This document shows, one piece after another, positions 33,630-43,807 of a stretch of 60,392 bases of DNA. Where the stretch lies: assembly GCA_039028975.1 (NCBI GenBank), contig JBCCHB010000104.1, forward strand, positions 1 to 60,392, given 5' to 3'. The stretch is from Chloroflexota bacterium. Its GTDB lineage: Bacteria; Chloroflexota; Anaerolineae; Caldilineales; Caldilineaceae. Made by a program: the position numbers and the translations under genes. The notes beneath the pieces were generated by a model. The model was not told the DNA's origin. It made no database searches and was given only the letters and a program-made list of their open reading frames with translations. Numbering within the stretch: position 1 is the first letter of the stretch; each line of letters opens with the position of its first letter.

Positions 33630-35324
33630 ATGATACGTGCTACCAAGTCTTGGCAGTTGTTGTCTTTGCTTTTTGTGATCGTGCTTGTCATATCTGCCTG
33701 TGCCACACCTGCCGCTGCCCCTGCTGAGAGCGACGGCGATAGTGGAGCGGATTCCGGTAGTGGTGAAATGATGGCAGATCTGCCTGACGGTGCTGCAGCG
33801 GAGCAGGTTCTGCGCATTAACACCGGCTCAACAGGCGCATCTAGCTTTTCCTTCTATCCCATGACTGGCGGAGGCGACCATCAGAACTGGATGCCCTTCC
33901 TTTATGTGCCACCTATCTACTTCGATGTTGATTTGAACTTGCAACCAGGCATATTCAACACCTGGGATTCCAACGACGATTCTACCGTTTGGACCTTTAC
34001 CATTGACCCAGCGGCTCGCTGGTCGGACGACACACCTATTACAGCTAACCAGGTGGTAGGCACATGGACGCTCATGACCGATCCGCTAACTGAGATGGGA
34101 CGCATTCCCCAATACATCGGCAACGTGCAGGGTTTTGCAGAAGAGCGCGAAGGCCCCGACGGCACCATCGAAGGCTTCAATATCGTTGATGATAGCACCA
34201 TCGAAGTTTCGCTGGTCAATCCAGACGCTATTTTCCACTGGCGCATCGCCACGACTCATATGAATCCTATCAAGGTGGAACAAGTAGAAGCCAACCCTGA
34301 TTCTTTCTGGCTCCCAGAAAACGAACCAGCCGTTAGTGGCCCCTACATGTTAGAGAGCTACGACCCCGATCTGCAAACCGCTACATTGGTTCCTAATCCC
34401 AATTGGTGGATGGATGAAGGCCCCTACCTTGAGCGTATCGAATTCATCTTCCAACCTGAACCAGATACCATGGCCGTCATGCTCCAAAATGACCAGGCTG
34501 ACGCCAATATGACGGGTATTCCCTATGCCATGAATGAGCAATTCCCTGATTTCTTCCGTCCCGTCAAAGCCTTTGGCTTTAATTCTTTCTGGTTGGCTTC
34601 TACGGTAGAGCCAACGGATGACGTCAATGTACGTAAGGCTCTTGCCCTCTCTGTTGATGGTGACGCCATCTTCCAAGCCGCTTTCCCTGAAGGCAATGGA
34701 ATTCAGGCCAATCAGGTGCTCGATCCAGATCTGCCCTGTTTGGAAAGCGAGATGAGTTGGTGGCCCTTTGATGTGGAAGCGGCCAAACAAGCCATTGCCG
34801 ATTCTAAGTATGGTAGTGTTGAAAATCTGCCCAAAATTCGCATTACACCTCGTGGGACGGATGCCACCAATAACCGGGCACTGGAAGCCGTTATGGAGCA
34901 GTGGCGTCAGAATTTGGGCCTGACCAATATCGAGTTCCAGCAGGCTCCCGATGGCTTTGGTGATGATCAAGAGCTGATCAACCTCTCTCGTGATGATGCC
35001 GTTATTCGCTTCCCTGACTCTGCGACCTACATGTGGGTGAGCGCCCACACAGCAGGCCCGATTGCCCGTGGTGACATGATGCGTGGCTACTCCAACCCAG
35101 AGGTTGATTCCCTTTTGGAAGAAGCCCTCTCCCTAGCGGCTGACGATCCAGAGCGTTGTGCATTGGCCTTGGAAGCCCAACGAGTCTTCATGGACGATTA
35201 CCAGTTCCTCTTCATTGGCATTGGTATCCCCACGTTGAATGCACGGGACTATGTCGTTAACTACGAAAAAGGGCCAGACATTGGCGTTATTGCACCGTGG
35301 CGCATCTATATTGCAGAACACTAG
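33630..35324 (+). CDS. ABC transporter substrate-binding lipoprotein (family 5, peptide/nickel/oligosaccharide).
   Basis: Lipoprotein signal 'LLSLLFVIVLVISACATPAAA'. SBP_bac_5-like length and composition. First gene of the SBP-permease-permease operon. Confidence 0.85.
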   Translation: MIRATKSWQLLSLLFVIVLVISACATPAAAPAESDGDSGADSGSGEMMADLPDGAAAEQVLRINTGSTGASSFSFYPMTGGGDHQNWMPFLYVPPIYFDVDLNLQPGIFNTWDSNDDSTVWTFTIDPAARWSDDTPITANQVVGTWTLMTDPLTEMGRIPQYIGNVQGFAEEREGPDGTIEGFNIVDDSTIEVSLVNPDAIFHWRIATTHMNPIKVEQVEANPDSFWLPENEPAVSGPYMLESYDPDLQTATLVPNPNWWMDEGPYLERIEFIFQPEPDTMAVMLQNDQADANMTGIPYAMNEQFPDFFRPVKAFGFNSFWLASTVEPTDDVNVRKALALSVDGDAIFQAAFPEGNGIQANQVLDPDLPCLESEMSWWPFDVEAAKQAIADSKYGSVENLPKIRITPRGTDATNNRALEAVMEQWRQNLGLTNIEFQQAPDGFGDDQELINLSRDDAVIRFPDSATYMWVSAHTAGPIARGDMMRGYSNPEVDSLLEEALSLAADDPERCALALEAQRVFMDDYQFLFIGIGIPTLNARDYVVNYEKGPDIGVIAPWRIYIAEH

Positions 35325-35415
35325 GCCGATTGACGATTTAAGGATTTTAGATTGACGATTGTTTAGGGGTTAGCCTCAAATCGTCAATCTAAAATCGCCA
35401 ATCACAAATTGACTG

Positions 35416-36363
35416 ATGCTTTCTTACCTATTCTCTCGTATCATCCGATGGACAACAGGGCTGCTATTGGTCCTGTTTGTTTCATATTCCATGCTCTATT
35501 ATGGCGCTGGTGATCCGATCAAGCGGATGTTCCAGGACATGGAGCAGGGTGGGATGGAGGTTGATGAAGTGACGCTTGAGGCGTTACGCGAAAAGTATGG
35601 CCTGAACGATACCTTAGCAGTGCAATTTTCAACGTATTTGCGCAACTTGGCTCGTGGAGAGTTGGGCATGTCGATTCGTGAAAAGCGCTCTGTCACGGAT
35701 ATGGTGATGGCCCGCATCCCGATATCGTTTCAAATTGGTCTAGTTTCCACCCTACTGAGTGTGCTCATTGGTATCCCACTTGGCGTACTGGCATCGCTCT
35801 ACCACAATCGCTGGTTGGACCAATTTATTGTGAGTTCTGGGGTCTTTGTTAACGCAATTCCCATTTTTGTCACTGGTCCAATTTTGATGCTCTTTTTGGT
35901 CGTGGGTTTGGGGATTATGAACGTACCCTTTGGCTGGAAAGGCATCTTCCACTCCCAGGTAATCTTGCCAGTTATTGTATTGGCTTTAGGGCCTTTGCCG
36001 ATTCTAATTCGCCAAACTCGTGCCGCCATGCTCGAAGTGATGGGTGAAGAGTACGTTCGTACTGCCCGTGCCAAAGGAATGCCCGAGCGCTTGGTCATTG
36101 GTCGCCACATGCTGCGTCCCGTTCTAACACCAGTGATTACCTCCGCTGGTCTTATTCTGATTTCCGTTGTCAATGGGGCTATCTTTGTTGAAATCATCTT
36201 TGGCATCCCTGGTTTAGGCCAGTTGACCAAAAAGGGAATCGATACCATTGACTATCCAGTCATAATGGGAACAGCTTTGGTTGGTGCCGTCATTGCCATG
36301 GCGGGGAATCTCCTAGTTGACTTGATCTATCCGCTCCTTGATCCAAGAGTCACTCGACAATAA
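35416..36363 (+). CDS. ABC transporter permease (DppB/OppB-like).
   Basis: Six TM segments. EAA-like loop 'EEYVRTARAKGMPERLVIGRHMLRPVL'. Confidence 0.9.
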   Translation: MLSYLFSRIIRWTTGLLLVLFVSYSMLYYGAGDPIKRMFQDMEQGGMEVDEVTLEALREKYGLNDTLAVQFSTYLRNLARGELGMSIREKRSVTDMVMARIPISFQIGLVSTLLSVLIGIPLGVLASLYHNRWLDQFIVSSGVFVNAIPIFVTGPILMLFLVVGLGIMNVPFGWKGIFHSQVILPVIVLALGPLPILIRQTRAAMLEVMGEEYVRTARAKGMPERLVIGRHMLRPVLTPVITSAGLILISVVNGAIFVEIIFGIPGLGQLTKKGIDTIDYPVIMGTALVGAVIAMAGNLLVDLIYPLLDPRVTRQ

Positions 36364-36374
36364 GCCAACAAACG

Positions 36375-37352
36375 ATGTCTGCCACCACTCAAGCTACCTC
36401 TCGCCTAAATTTACAAACGGACGGTGCTCTACCGGTACGCAGCCTCTGGAGGGATGCTTGGTATCGTTTCCTGAAGAACAAATTGGCCATTATGGGTCTG
36501 GTCATCATTTTGGTCTTTTTTGTGCTTGCTGCTTTTGGTCCGACTTTGGCACCTTATGACTTTCTGGATCAACAGCTTGACCAACAACTAGAGTCCCCAT
36601 CAATGAGTCACTGGCTGGGTACCGATGATCTGGGACGTGATATCTTTAGCCGTCTCTTATATGGTGCACGTACGGCTGCACTTGTTGCAGTGATCTCGAC
36701 GGCTATTAGCCTAATTATCGGCGTTGTGGTTGGGGCCACAGCGGGGTATGTTCGGGGTCGTACAGATGAATTTTTGATGTGGTTAACGGATGTAACCATG
36801 TCCGTACCAGGGTTGTTGTTGGCTATGGTGATCAATTCGGCACTGAAACGCCCGATTGTTAACTGGATGGATGTGATGTATCAGCAGACGAAAAACCCCA
36901 TCTACCTCAACACCTTATGGATTGATCTGCTGTTGCTCTTTGGCGTATTGGCACTCATTAGCTGGCCCGGTTTTGCCCGCTTGATACGGGGGCAAGTATT
37001 GAGCATTGGCAATACAACCTACGTGGAAGCTGCCCGCTCTGTTGGTGCCTCAGCTCCCCGAATTCTGGCTCGGCACGTTGTGCCAAACTCTATGGGGCCA
37101 TTGATTGTGGCTGTAACGGCTGGCATGGGCGCGGCGGTGGTTGCCGAGGTTGCGTTGAGTTGGCTAGGCCTGGGCATTCAACCACCCAATCCAAGTTGGG
37201 GAATTATGCTTAGCAATAGCCAAACTTGGTGGCGTACTTATCCTCATTTTCTGGTTGCGCCGGCCATCACAATTGGCATTATTTCCATTGCCTTTACCTT
37301 CTTTGGGGACGGGTTAAATGATGCCTTAAACCCGCGTTTGCAGCAGAAATGA
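36375..37352 (+). CDS. ABC transporter permease (DppC/OppC-like).
   Basis: 'TYVEAARSVGASAPRILARHVVPNSMGPLIV' is an EAA loop. Confidence 0.9.
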   Translation: MSATTQATSRLNLQTDGALPVRSLWRDAWYRFLKNKLAIMGLVIILVFFVLAAFGPTLAPYDFLDQQLDQQLESPSMSHWLGTDDLGRDIFSRLLYGARTAALVAVISTAISLIIGVVVGATAGYVRGRTDEFLMWLTDVTMSVPGLLLAMVINSALKRPIVNWMDVMYQQTKNPIYLNTLWIDLLLLFGVLALISWPGFARLIRGQVLSIGNTTYVEAARSVGASAPRILARHVVPNSMGPLIVAVTAGMGAAVVAEVALSWLGLGIQPPNPSWGIMLSNSQTWWRTYPHFLVAPAITIGIISIAFTFFGDGLNDALNPRLQQK

Positions 37353-38146
37353 TGATGGAGCCATACGGCGATACGTTTCAAACGGCACCGAGTATAGATG
37401 TCTCCGGCATGATTGATGCGGCGCAACCAATTGCCAAGGCTGCCTCAACCATCTATTTGCGCCACACAGAACCCTGGTTCATTGGGTTGCTTGCCCACGG
37501 TTCGGCTGTGAAAGGCGGCTTTATCCCCAACTGTAGCGATATCGATTTTCAGCTTTATCTGGAAGATGGTGCATTTGATGCACCTGGCTACATAAAGTTC
37601 GACATCGCCCAATCTATCCATCTAGAATTAGCCGAGATCGATCCTACCCCATTTCGATACATTCAATGCTATTCGATGACTCGGAACCTTCGGACCGACT
37701 TTGTTGGGCCGATCCCTGGAGCGTACCATGTCATCTATGGCCGCTGCCCCGTTCCGGCTGCTACGGCAGATGAGCTTCGACAGTCGGCCCAAGATGGATT
37801 GAAGCAGCTTAATGCATATGCACCCAACTTGTTGAGCCATGGAGGAGGCCGTTTGGAAAGGCATGTCAGACTACTTTGCACCAAAGTTTGGCCCGTGCTT
37901 TATCAAGTGCTTGTCTTACAACAGGATGATCCAATTGCCACATGGAATTTACCCAAAGAGCAAGCTATGGCTCTACTGCCAGAGTCTTCCGAGATGGCGT
38001 ATGCCATTCAATGCTTTTATCAAGCGGTTCTTCTCTACTACCCATATGAAGCGTCTGTGGACCGCGGGCTATCCGTCATTGAGAGTGGCCTACAATTTTT
38101 GAAGAAAGTCAACATATGGAGTGAAAATAGGCTTAGTTCGTTGTGA
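37349..38146 (+). CDS. Nucleotidyltransferase-fold protein (ANT/DUF4111-like). 4-nt overlap with the permease gene.
   Basis: 'HGSAVKGGFIPNCSDIDFQLYL' matches the hG[GS]x(9-13)Dh[DE]h NTase motif. Confidence 0.5.
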   Translation: MMMEPYGDTFQTAPSIDVSGMIDAAQPIAKAASTIYLRHTEPWFIGLLAHGSAVKGGFIPNCSDIDFQLYLEDGAFDAPGYIKFDIAQSIHLELAEIDPTPFRYIQCYSMTRNLRTDFVGPIPGAYHVIYGRCPVPAATADELRQSAQDGLKQLNAYAPNLLSHGGGRLERHVRLLCTKVWPVLYQVLVLQQDDPIATWNLPKEQAMALLPESSEMAYAIQCFYQAVLLYYPYEASVDRGLSVIESGLQFLKKVNIWSENRLSSL

Positions 38147-38190
38147 AAACTTAGCGATGAGAATAGGTGAATCAAACAAGGGGATGACGG

Positions 38191-39066
38191 ATGAGTTTTG
38201 TTGCCAAAAAGCACGTTAGTCACAACCAGTTTGGCTACATGATTGTTGACGAATCAACTGGTCAATGTTTGGGTGGATTCGGTGCCAACTACTATCGCCC
38301 TTGGGTCTTTCCCCTCTATACGCCCAACGGGTTAACTGTTCTGCAAGAATTTCCATATGATCACCCCTTCCACACGGCGATGTGGGTGGCCCAAGGTCCG
38401 ATATGCCATAATGGTAACGAATCTCATTTCTGGCCCTCACCACCTATGCGAATCGCCGATGAGCCGCTCTTTGAAAATATGGGCCGTATGGATGTCGGTG
38501 ATCCTGAAATTATCGCACTGGAGCAGGGTATTCGCTTTCGGCTCAATAGTATCTGGCGGGATAAGAACGGAGAAGCTGTGTTGGACGAGGAACGAACGGT
38601 CGAACTGCTTTCCAGCAACGAAGGAACAGTCTGTAACATGTGGAGCAAGAAGACGGCTTCCTATGGGGCCCTGGAATATCGTCAATCCAAATTTGGCAGC
38701 GTCGGTGTTCGGGTAGAGCCACGTCTCCTACCCGAATTGGGAGGCGTTGTGTTGGCCAGTGATGGGCGACGAGGCACGGCTGAGGTGGCCATTGATCAGG
38801 AGTGTACGTACGTTGCCTATGAAAATAGTCTGCCCTCTGGGGAACGCTTTGGTCTCCTAATGACGATTTTGGACAGGGAAACAGAGCAGGCAGGAATCAA
38901 AACCGGGCCTTGGTTTGTGCGCGATTATGGGCTGGCCGCCTACAATGCCACTCGTCATGAATCCATATACAGCAATATGGGTGAATCATGGACAATCGGG
39001 CTACGTGTCGCGGCCTATGACGGCTCGATGAATAACCACCGCGCTGACTCCATCATGGCTCTCTGA
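38191..39066 (+). CDS. PmoA-like/DUF6807-family protein.
   Basis: 'NYYRPWVFPLYTPNGLTVLQEFPYDHPFHTAMWVAQG' resembles the family N-terminal block. Confidence 0.45.
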   Translation: MSFVAKKHVSHNQFGYMIVDESTGQCLGGFGANYYRPWVFPLYTPNGLTVLQEFPYDHPFHTAMWVAQGPICHNGNESHFWPSPPMRIADEPLFENMGRMDVGDPEIIALEQGIRFRLNSIWRDKNGEAVLDEERTVELLSSNEGTVCNMWSKKTASYGALEYRQSKFGSVGVRVEPRLLPELGGVVLASDGRRGTAEVAIDQECTYVAYENSLPSGERFGLLMTILDRETEQAGIKTGPWFVRDYGLAAYNATRHESIYSNMGESWTIGLRVAAYDGSMNNHRADSIMAL

Positions 39067-39111
39067 ATAACATCACGATTGACTTGACAAATACCAACCA
39101 CCGACTACCTT

Positions 39112-40089
39112 ATGCTATCAATTGATTGTCAAAGCCACGTTTTCCCTCAAGAATATGCCGAATTGCTGACCCGAAACAAGGGACGTCTTCAAACAAGTGG
39201 CGGCGGCGGCATTTATACCATCAACTATTGGGATGTCCAACGCTTTCGTTTGGATCTGGAACTCTACTCCATCGAGCGGAAGCTGGCGGCTATGGACGCT
39301 GCCGGTATTGACATGAGCGTATTGAGCGTCAACATCCCTAGCCCTGAATTGTTGGATCCTGAGTTGGCTCTACAAGGCGCTCAAATTTGCAATAACTTTT
39401 TGGCTGAAATATGCCAGAAGTATCCAGAGCGATTTGTTGCCATTGCCTCGCTGGCCCTATCGGATGTTGCGAGTGCAATTACGGAGCTAGATCGAGCTAT
39501 TGACGAATTGGATCTGCGAGGTGTATTCCTGGTCTCCAATATCAACGATCATCCATTGGATGCCCCCCAATTTGAGCCATTTTATGCTCATGTGGCTGCA
39601 CGGAATATTCCGCTCGTACTCCATCCAACCGTGGCTTCTTGGCAGGGCTCGATCCAGAGCCATTCCATGATTCCCATGATGGGTTTTATGATCGATACCT
39701 CCTTTGGCATGATGCAGCTTCTCTTGGGCGGTGTGCTGGAAAGACACCCTACGTTGAAGGTGGTCCATCCCCATACCGGTGGCGTGGTTCCCTACCTCAT
39801 GGGCCGCATTCAGGAGCAGACCGAAGTTAAGGGGCGAGGGCGGGACAATATTACAAAGCCGCCCATGGACTACTATGAGAATGTCTATCAGGATCTGGTT
39901 TCGCCTTCAGCCCAGGCTATACGGTACGCTGTCGAATTTTCTAGACCCGATCGACTTCTCTTTGGTAGCGATCACCCATGGGTTTCGATTGAGACTATAT
40001 TGGATCCTGTTAGGGAATTGGATATTCCACAAGAGGTGCGCTCGATGATTATGGGGCAGAATGCAAGTAGGTTATTTGGGATTGAGTAA
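39112..40089 (+). CDS. Amidohydrolase-2 (ACMSD-like TIM-barrel metal-dependent hydrolase).
   Basis: 'IDCQSHVFP' (N-terminal His-x-His-like) and 'LLFGSDHPW' (C-terminal Asp/His metal ligands). Confidence 0.7.
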   Translation: MLSIDCQSHVFPQEYAELLTRNKGRLQTSGGGGIYTINYWDVQRFRLDLELYSIERKLAAMDAAGIDMSVLSVNIPSPELLDPELALQGAQICNNFLAEICQKYPERFVAIASLALSDVASAITELDRAIDELDLRGVFLVSNINDHPLDAPQFEPFYAHVAARNIPLVLHPTVASWQGSIQSHSMIPMMGFMIDTSFGMMQLLLGGVLERHPTLKVVHPHTGGVVPYLMGRIQEQTEVKGRGRDNITKPPMDYYENVYQDLVSPSAQAIRYAVEFSRPDRLLFGSDHPWVSIETILDPVRELDIPQEVRSMIMGQNASRLFGIE

Positions 40090-40527
40090 GGACTCTTCAA
40101 TATATCTACAAGGATCAAAGAGATGCACTCAGGCATACTGATGCACGCGAAGGCACACGGGGTTCTCTGAAATTCGGTGCAACTTTATGGATAGCTGTTT
40201 TTCTGGCTCCGCCTTAGCATCTTGCTCCTTTATGCGATATAATGATGAATATCTAACGGCCACAACTCGTTGGGCATCCCCTGATTAACCATAGTGGATA
40301 AACCAAATCACATGTACCGATCGCAATTTATCATTTCTGTGAAGAGTGAGATGCACAGGGGCCGGACCATAAACAATCCACACTATTTTTCCCCGTGCGT
40401 TGCACTTAGTGCGGCCTCATATAGAGAAATGCGAAGTAAATGATTGCGCATCCGATTTGTCAGCCAACAAACTATCAATAAGTACGTACCCCGTTCACTT
40501 CTTAGGAACGACATAAGGAGAATTCCC

Positions 40528-40947
40528 ATGGCTTCGATTGAAAACCCTCAATTAATGATCGTACCCGACGATGATACCAAAACAGCTCTCGTCAAAGTTT
40601 CATGCAGGGTCAATTTTACTGATGAAGAGATGCAGGTGATCAAGGAAAATCCGGAGCGCAAGTATTTTAAACTATTTTGCCTCCTCAAGGGACATGATTT
40701 TGGCAAGGTTGCTTTCTGGGATTCAGACGACTGGATTTACTCTTTCCCCACCATTGTTTTCCCAGATAGTACACCAGAAAAACAAGAAGTTGCCATCTTT
40801 GAGGCCACGTTGGGCTACAGCTTGCTCAATGAGGATGTTATTGGCGTCGATGAAATCTATGCCAAAATTATGCTGACCGGTTTCCGGCCATTTAGTGACA
40901 GCACAACTACCAGAACTGACATTGTACGCTATGAGTTTGGTGGCTAA
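40528..40947 (+). CDS. Hypothetical protein (~139 aa from Met 'MASIENPQ'). The ORF is open from 40444.
   Basis: ORF only, with an AGGAGA-like RBS 'taaggagaa' before 40528. Confidence 0.35.
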   Translation: MASIENPQLMIVPDDDTKTALVKVSCRVNFTDEEMQVIKENPERKYFKLFCLLKGHDFGKVAFWDSDDWIYSFPTIVFPDSTPEKQEVAIFEATLGYSLLNEDVIGVDEIYAKIMLTGFRPFSDSTTTRTDIVRYEFGG

Positions 40948-41004
40948 GCTCGAACCAACCCATGCAAATCCCCTCTTGGGATCATTCCTGGGGAGATCAT
41001 TCCT

Positions 41005-42171
41005 GTGAAGATTGTTGACATTTATGAAGGGGTGATTCCCATCTCTTCTTCAATTCGTAATGCTTATGTAGACTTTTCCAAAATGACCGCGTCCATGGTG
41101 GCGGTCGAATCCGATGTGATCCGAGAGGGGAAACCACTTGTTGGTTTTGGCTTCAACTCAAATGGCCGCTATGCCCAAGGCGGGATTTTACGAGAGCGAA
41201 TTCTGCCACGACTCCACCAAGCAAGCGAATCCGAGCTGCTGAGTGACGACGGCCAGAATATCGATCCCTTTAAAGCTTGGGATGTTATGATGACCAATGA
41301 AAAGCCGGGCGGCCATGGCGATAGGTCAGTGGCCGTCGGCGTGATCGACATGGCCTTGTGGGATCTGGTTGCTAAAATTGAAGAGAAATCCCTGAGCCAA
41401 CTACTAGCCGATCGCTATTGTAACGGTGAAGCGGATTCAGACGTGGAGGTTTATGCGGCAGGCGGCTACTATTACCCTGGCAAAGGGCTAGTACAGCTTC
41501 AAGACGAGATGCGCCGGTACCTGGATATGGGGTACACGAAAGTCAAAATGAAGATCGGTGGCACATCTTTGGCAGACGATCTGGAACGTATTGAAGCGGT
41601 CATCAATATCGTAGGAGATGGGGCCAATCTGGCTGTCGATGCCAACGGGCGCTTTGACCTCAAGACTGCGGTGGCCTATGCTGAAGCAATGGAGCCTTAC
41701 GACTTACGTTGGTACGAGGAGCCGGGTGATCCCCTCGATTATCAACTGAACGCCGTGGTCGTCCAATCCACGTCTACACCGATTGCCACAGGTGAGAATC
41801 TCTTCTCTCGCATCGATACGCAAAATTTGATCCGTTATGGCGGCATGTCACCCAGCAACGGCATCTTACAGATGGATCCAGTACTGAGCTATGGATTGGT
41901 TGAATATATGCGAATGCTTGAGATGTTGACCACACATGGCTGGTCATGGCGACGATGTATTCCACATGGCGGTCATCAGATGGCGCTCAATATCGCTGCT
42001 GGATTGGGATTAGGAGGTAACGAATCCTATCCAGAAGTCTTCCAGCCTATTGGGGGCTTTGCTGATACAGTTCCAGTTATTGATGGGCGGGTTCGGATCC
42101 CTGATGCTCCAGGTATTGGTTTTGAACTAAAAGGTGACTTGATCGATGTGTTGCGGCAATTAAGAGACTAG
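41005..42171 (+). CDS. Enolase-superfamily enzyme (mandelate racemase/muconate lactonizing enzyme family).
   Basis: 'KVKMKIGG' (KxK), 'LAVDANGRF' (metal Asp), 'YDLRWYEEP' (Glu), 'IATGENL'. Confidence 0.8.
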   Translation: MKIVDIYEGVIPISSSIRNAYVDFSKMTASMVAVESDVIREGKPLVGFGFNSNGRYAQGGILRERILPRLHQASESELLSDDGQNIDPFKAWDVMMTNEKPGGHGDRSVAVGVIDMALWDLVAKIEEKSLSQLLADRYCNGEADSDVEVYAAGGYYYPGKGLVQLQDEMRRYLDMGYTKVKMKIGGTSLADDLERIEAVINIVGDGANLAVDANGRFDLKTAVAYAEAMEPYDLRWYEEPGDPLDYQLNAVVVQSTSTPIATGENLFSRIDTQNLIRYGGMSPSNGILQMDPVLSYGLVEYMRMLEMLTTHGWSWRRCIPHGGHQMALNIAAGLGLGGNESYPEVFQPIGGFADTVPVIDGRVRIPDAPGIGFELKGDLIDVLRQLRD

Positions 42172-42299
42172 TTATCCATAATTTGGTGTCGATGTCATGG
42201 CCTTGAGTGCTTAAGCAAGAGCCATATACATAAAGATAGCCATAGCTACACACTACCCCTACTACCCCCACTTTCCCCTTTCCATGATATAATAGCTGT

Positions 42300-43757
42300 A
42301 TGTCGCCAGAGAATGGAAGCCAAATACAAGCTGAATATCGGCGTTTGCCCTCAGTAGAGGCGCTTCTGCGTGTATCAGAAGTTTCATATCTTACAGGTGC
42401 CTACGGGGTTATGCAGGTTACGGAGGCACTTCGTACTTTGCTCCAGTCAGCGCGTCAAAAAATCCGTGAAGGGCAATCTGCACCAGCACCCACATCTTGG
42501 CCTCATCTTCTTCAAGCTCATTTAACCCAACTTTCCCAGCCCCTCTTGCGCCCAGTCATTAATGCAACCGGCGTAATAATCCATACCAACTTAGGTCGCG
42601 CCCCCTTGAGTGTTGCCGCCCGTCAGGCTGTGACTGATGTGACCCTTGGTTATAGCAATCTGGAATATGATCTGGATGCTGGAAAGCGGGGGAGTCGCTA
42701 CAGTCACGCCAGGGAGCTGCTGGTAGAATTGACCGGTGCTGAAGATGCGTTGGTGGTTAACAATTGTGCAAGCGCTCTCTTTCTAACTCTTCGTGCTCTC
42801 TGTGAGGGGCGGGAAGTGGTTGTGAGCCGAGGGCAATTGGTAGAGATTGGCGGTGGGTTCCGTATTCCAGATGTGCTTCGTCAAAGTGGAGCGACTTTAG
42901 TTGAGGTCGGGACGACCAATCGGACTCATCCGCGAGATTTTGCTGAGGCAATCTCAGAAAACACGGCTGCATTGATGCGGATCCATTCGAGCAACTTTCG
43001 TTTGATCGGTTTTGTTACAGAGCCAGGGCTGGATCAATTGGTTGATGTCGCGCTTCAGGCTGTGCTGTCCGATGCCGCTTCACATTGTGAGGGGAACTTG
43101 GAGCCACGGGAACGTTCATTGGTTATTGATGATCTAGGAAGCGGGACGCTATTGGATACTCAGCCTTATGGTCTGCTAGCTGAACCTATGGTTCAGCAGA
43201 GCGTGGCTGCTGGTGCAGATGTTGTGGTGTTTAGTGGTGATAAATTGTTGGGTGGACCACAAGCTGGCATTCTAGTTGGAAAGGCCGACTGTATTGCTGA
43301 GTTACGTCAACATCCTTTGGCCAGAGCATTGCGGGTAGATAAGATGACCTTGGCAGCTTTGGAGGCGACCTTGCGCAGCTATCGCTCAGGCCGGGCATTG
43401 CAAGAGATTCCCGTGTGGCGAATGATCAGTGGGACAGTTGAGCAAATGAAGAACATGGTTACTGATTGGCAAACTCAGCTAGGCGTCTGCGGCATCGAGA
43501 GTAGCCAGTGGGAGGGTGAGAGTGCCGTGGGGGGGGGAAGCCTTCCTGGTGAAACGTTGCCAACCTCCTTATTGTCCTTGCCTGTCTCAGCCTTCGGGAA
43601 GAACTCAGATGACGTAGCGACAGACTTACGCAGTCTGGATTTTCCCATCATCTGTCGGATCCAGCGAAACCATTTACTCTTTGACCCACGAACTGTGTTG
43701 CCAGAGCAACATGATAAATTAGTACAGGGTATTTTGGGGATAGCGGATGGTGGTTAG
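42300..43757 (+). CDS. selA: L-seryl-tRNA(Sec) selenium transferase (selenocysteine synthase SelA).
   Basis: 'INATGVIIHTNLGRAPL' and 'VVVFSGDKLLGGPQAGILVG' (PLP-lysine region) are SelA hallmarks. Confidence 0.8.
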   Translation: MSPENGSQIQAEYRRLPSVEALLRVSEVSYLTGAYGVMQVTEALRTLLQSARQKIREGQSAPAPTSWPHLLQAHLTQLSQPLLRPVINATGVIIHTNLGRAPLSVAARQAVTDVTLGYSNLEYDLDAGKRGSRYSHARELLVELTGAEDALVVNNCASALFLTLRALCEGREVVVSRGQLVEIGGGFRIPDVLRQSGATLVEVGTTNRTHPRDFAEAISENTAALMRIHSSNFRLIGFVTEPGLDQLVDVALQAVLSDAASHCEGNLEPRERSLVIDDLGSGTLLDTQPYGLLAEPMVQQSVAAGADVVVFSGDKLLGGPQAGILVGKADCIAELRQHPLARALRVDKMTLAALEATLRSYRSGRALQEIPVWRMISGTVEQMKNMVTDWQTQLGVCGIESSQWEGESAVGGGSLPGETLPTSLLSLPVSAFGKNSDDVATDLRSLDFPIICRIQRNHLLFDPRTVLPEQHDKLVQGILGIADGG

Positions 43758-43807
43758 TGGGTGGTTGAACTGCCATCGACCAATCGACCAATCGACCAGT
43801 TGACTAA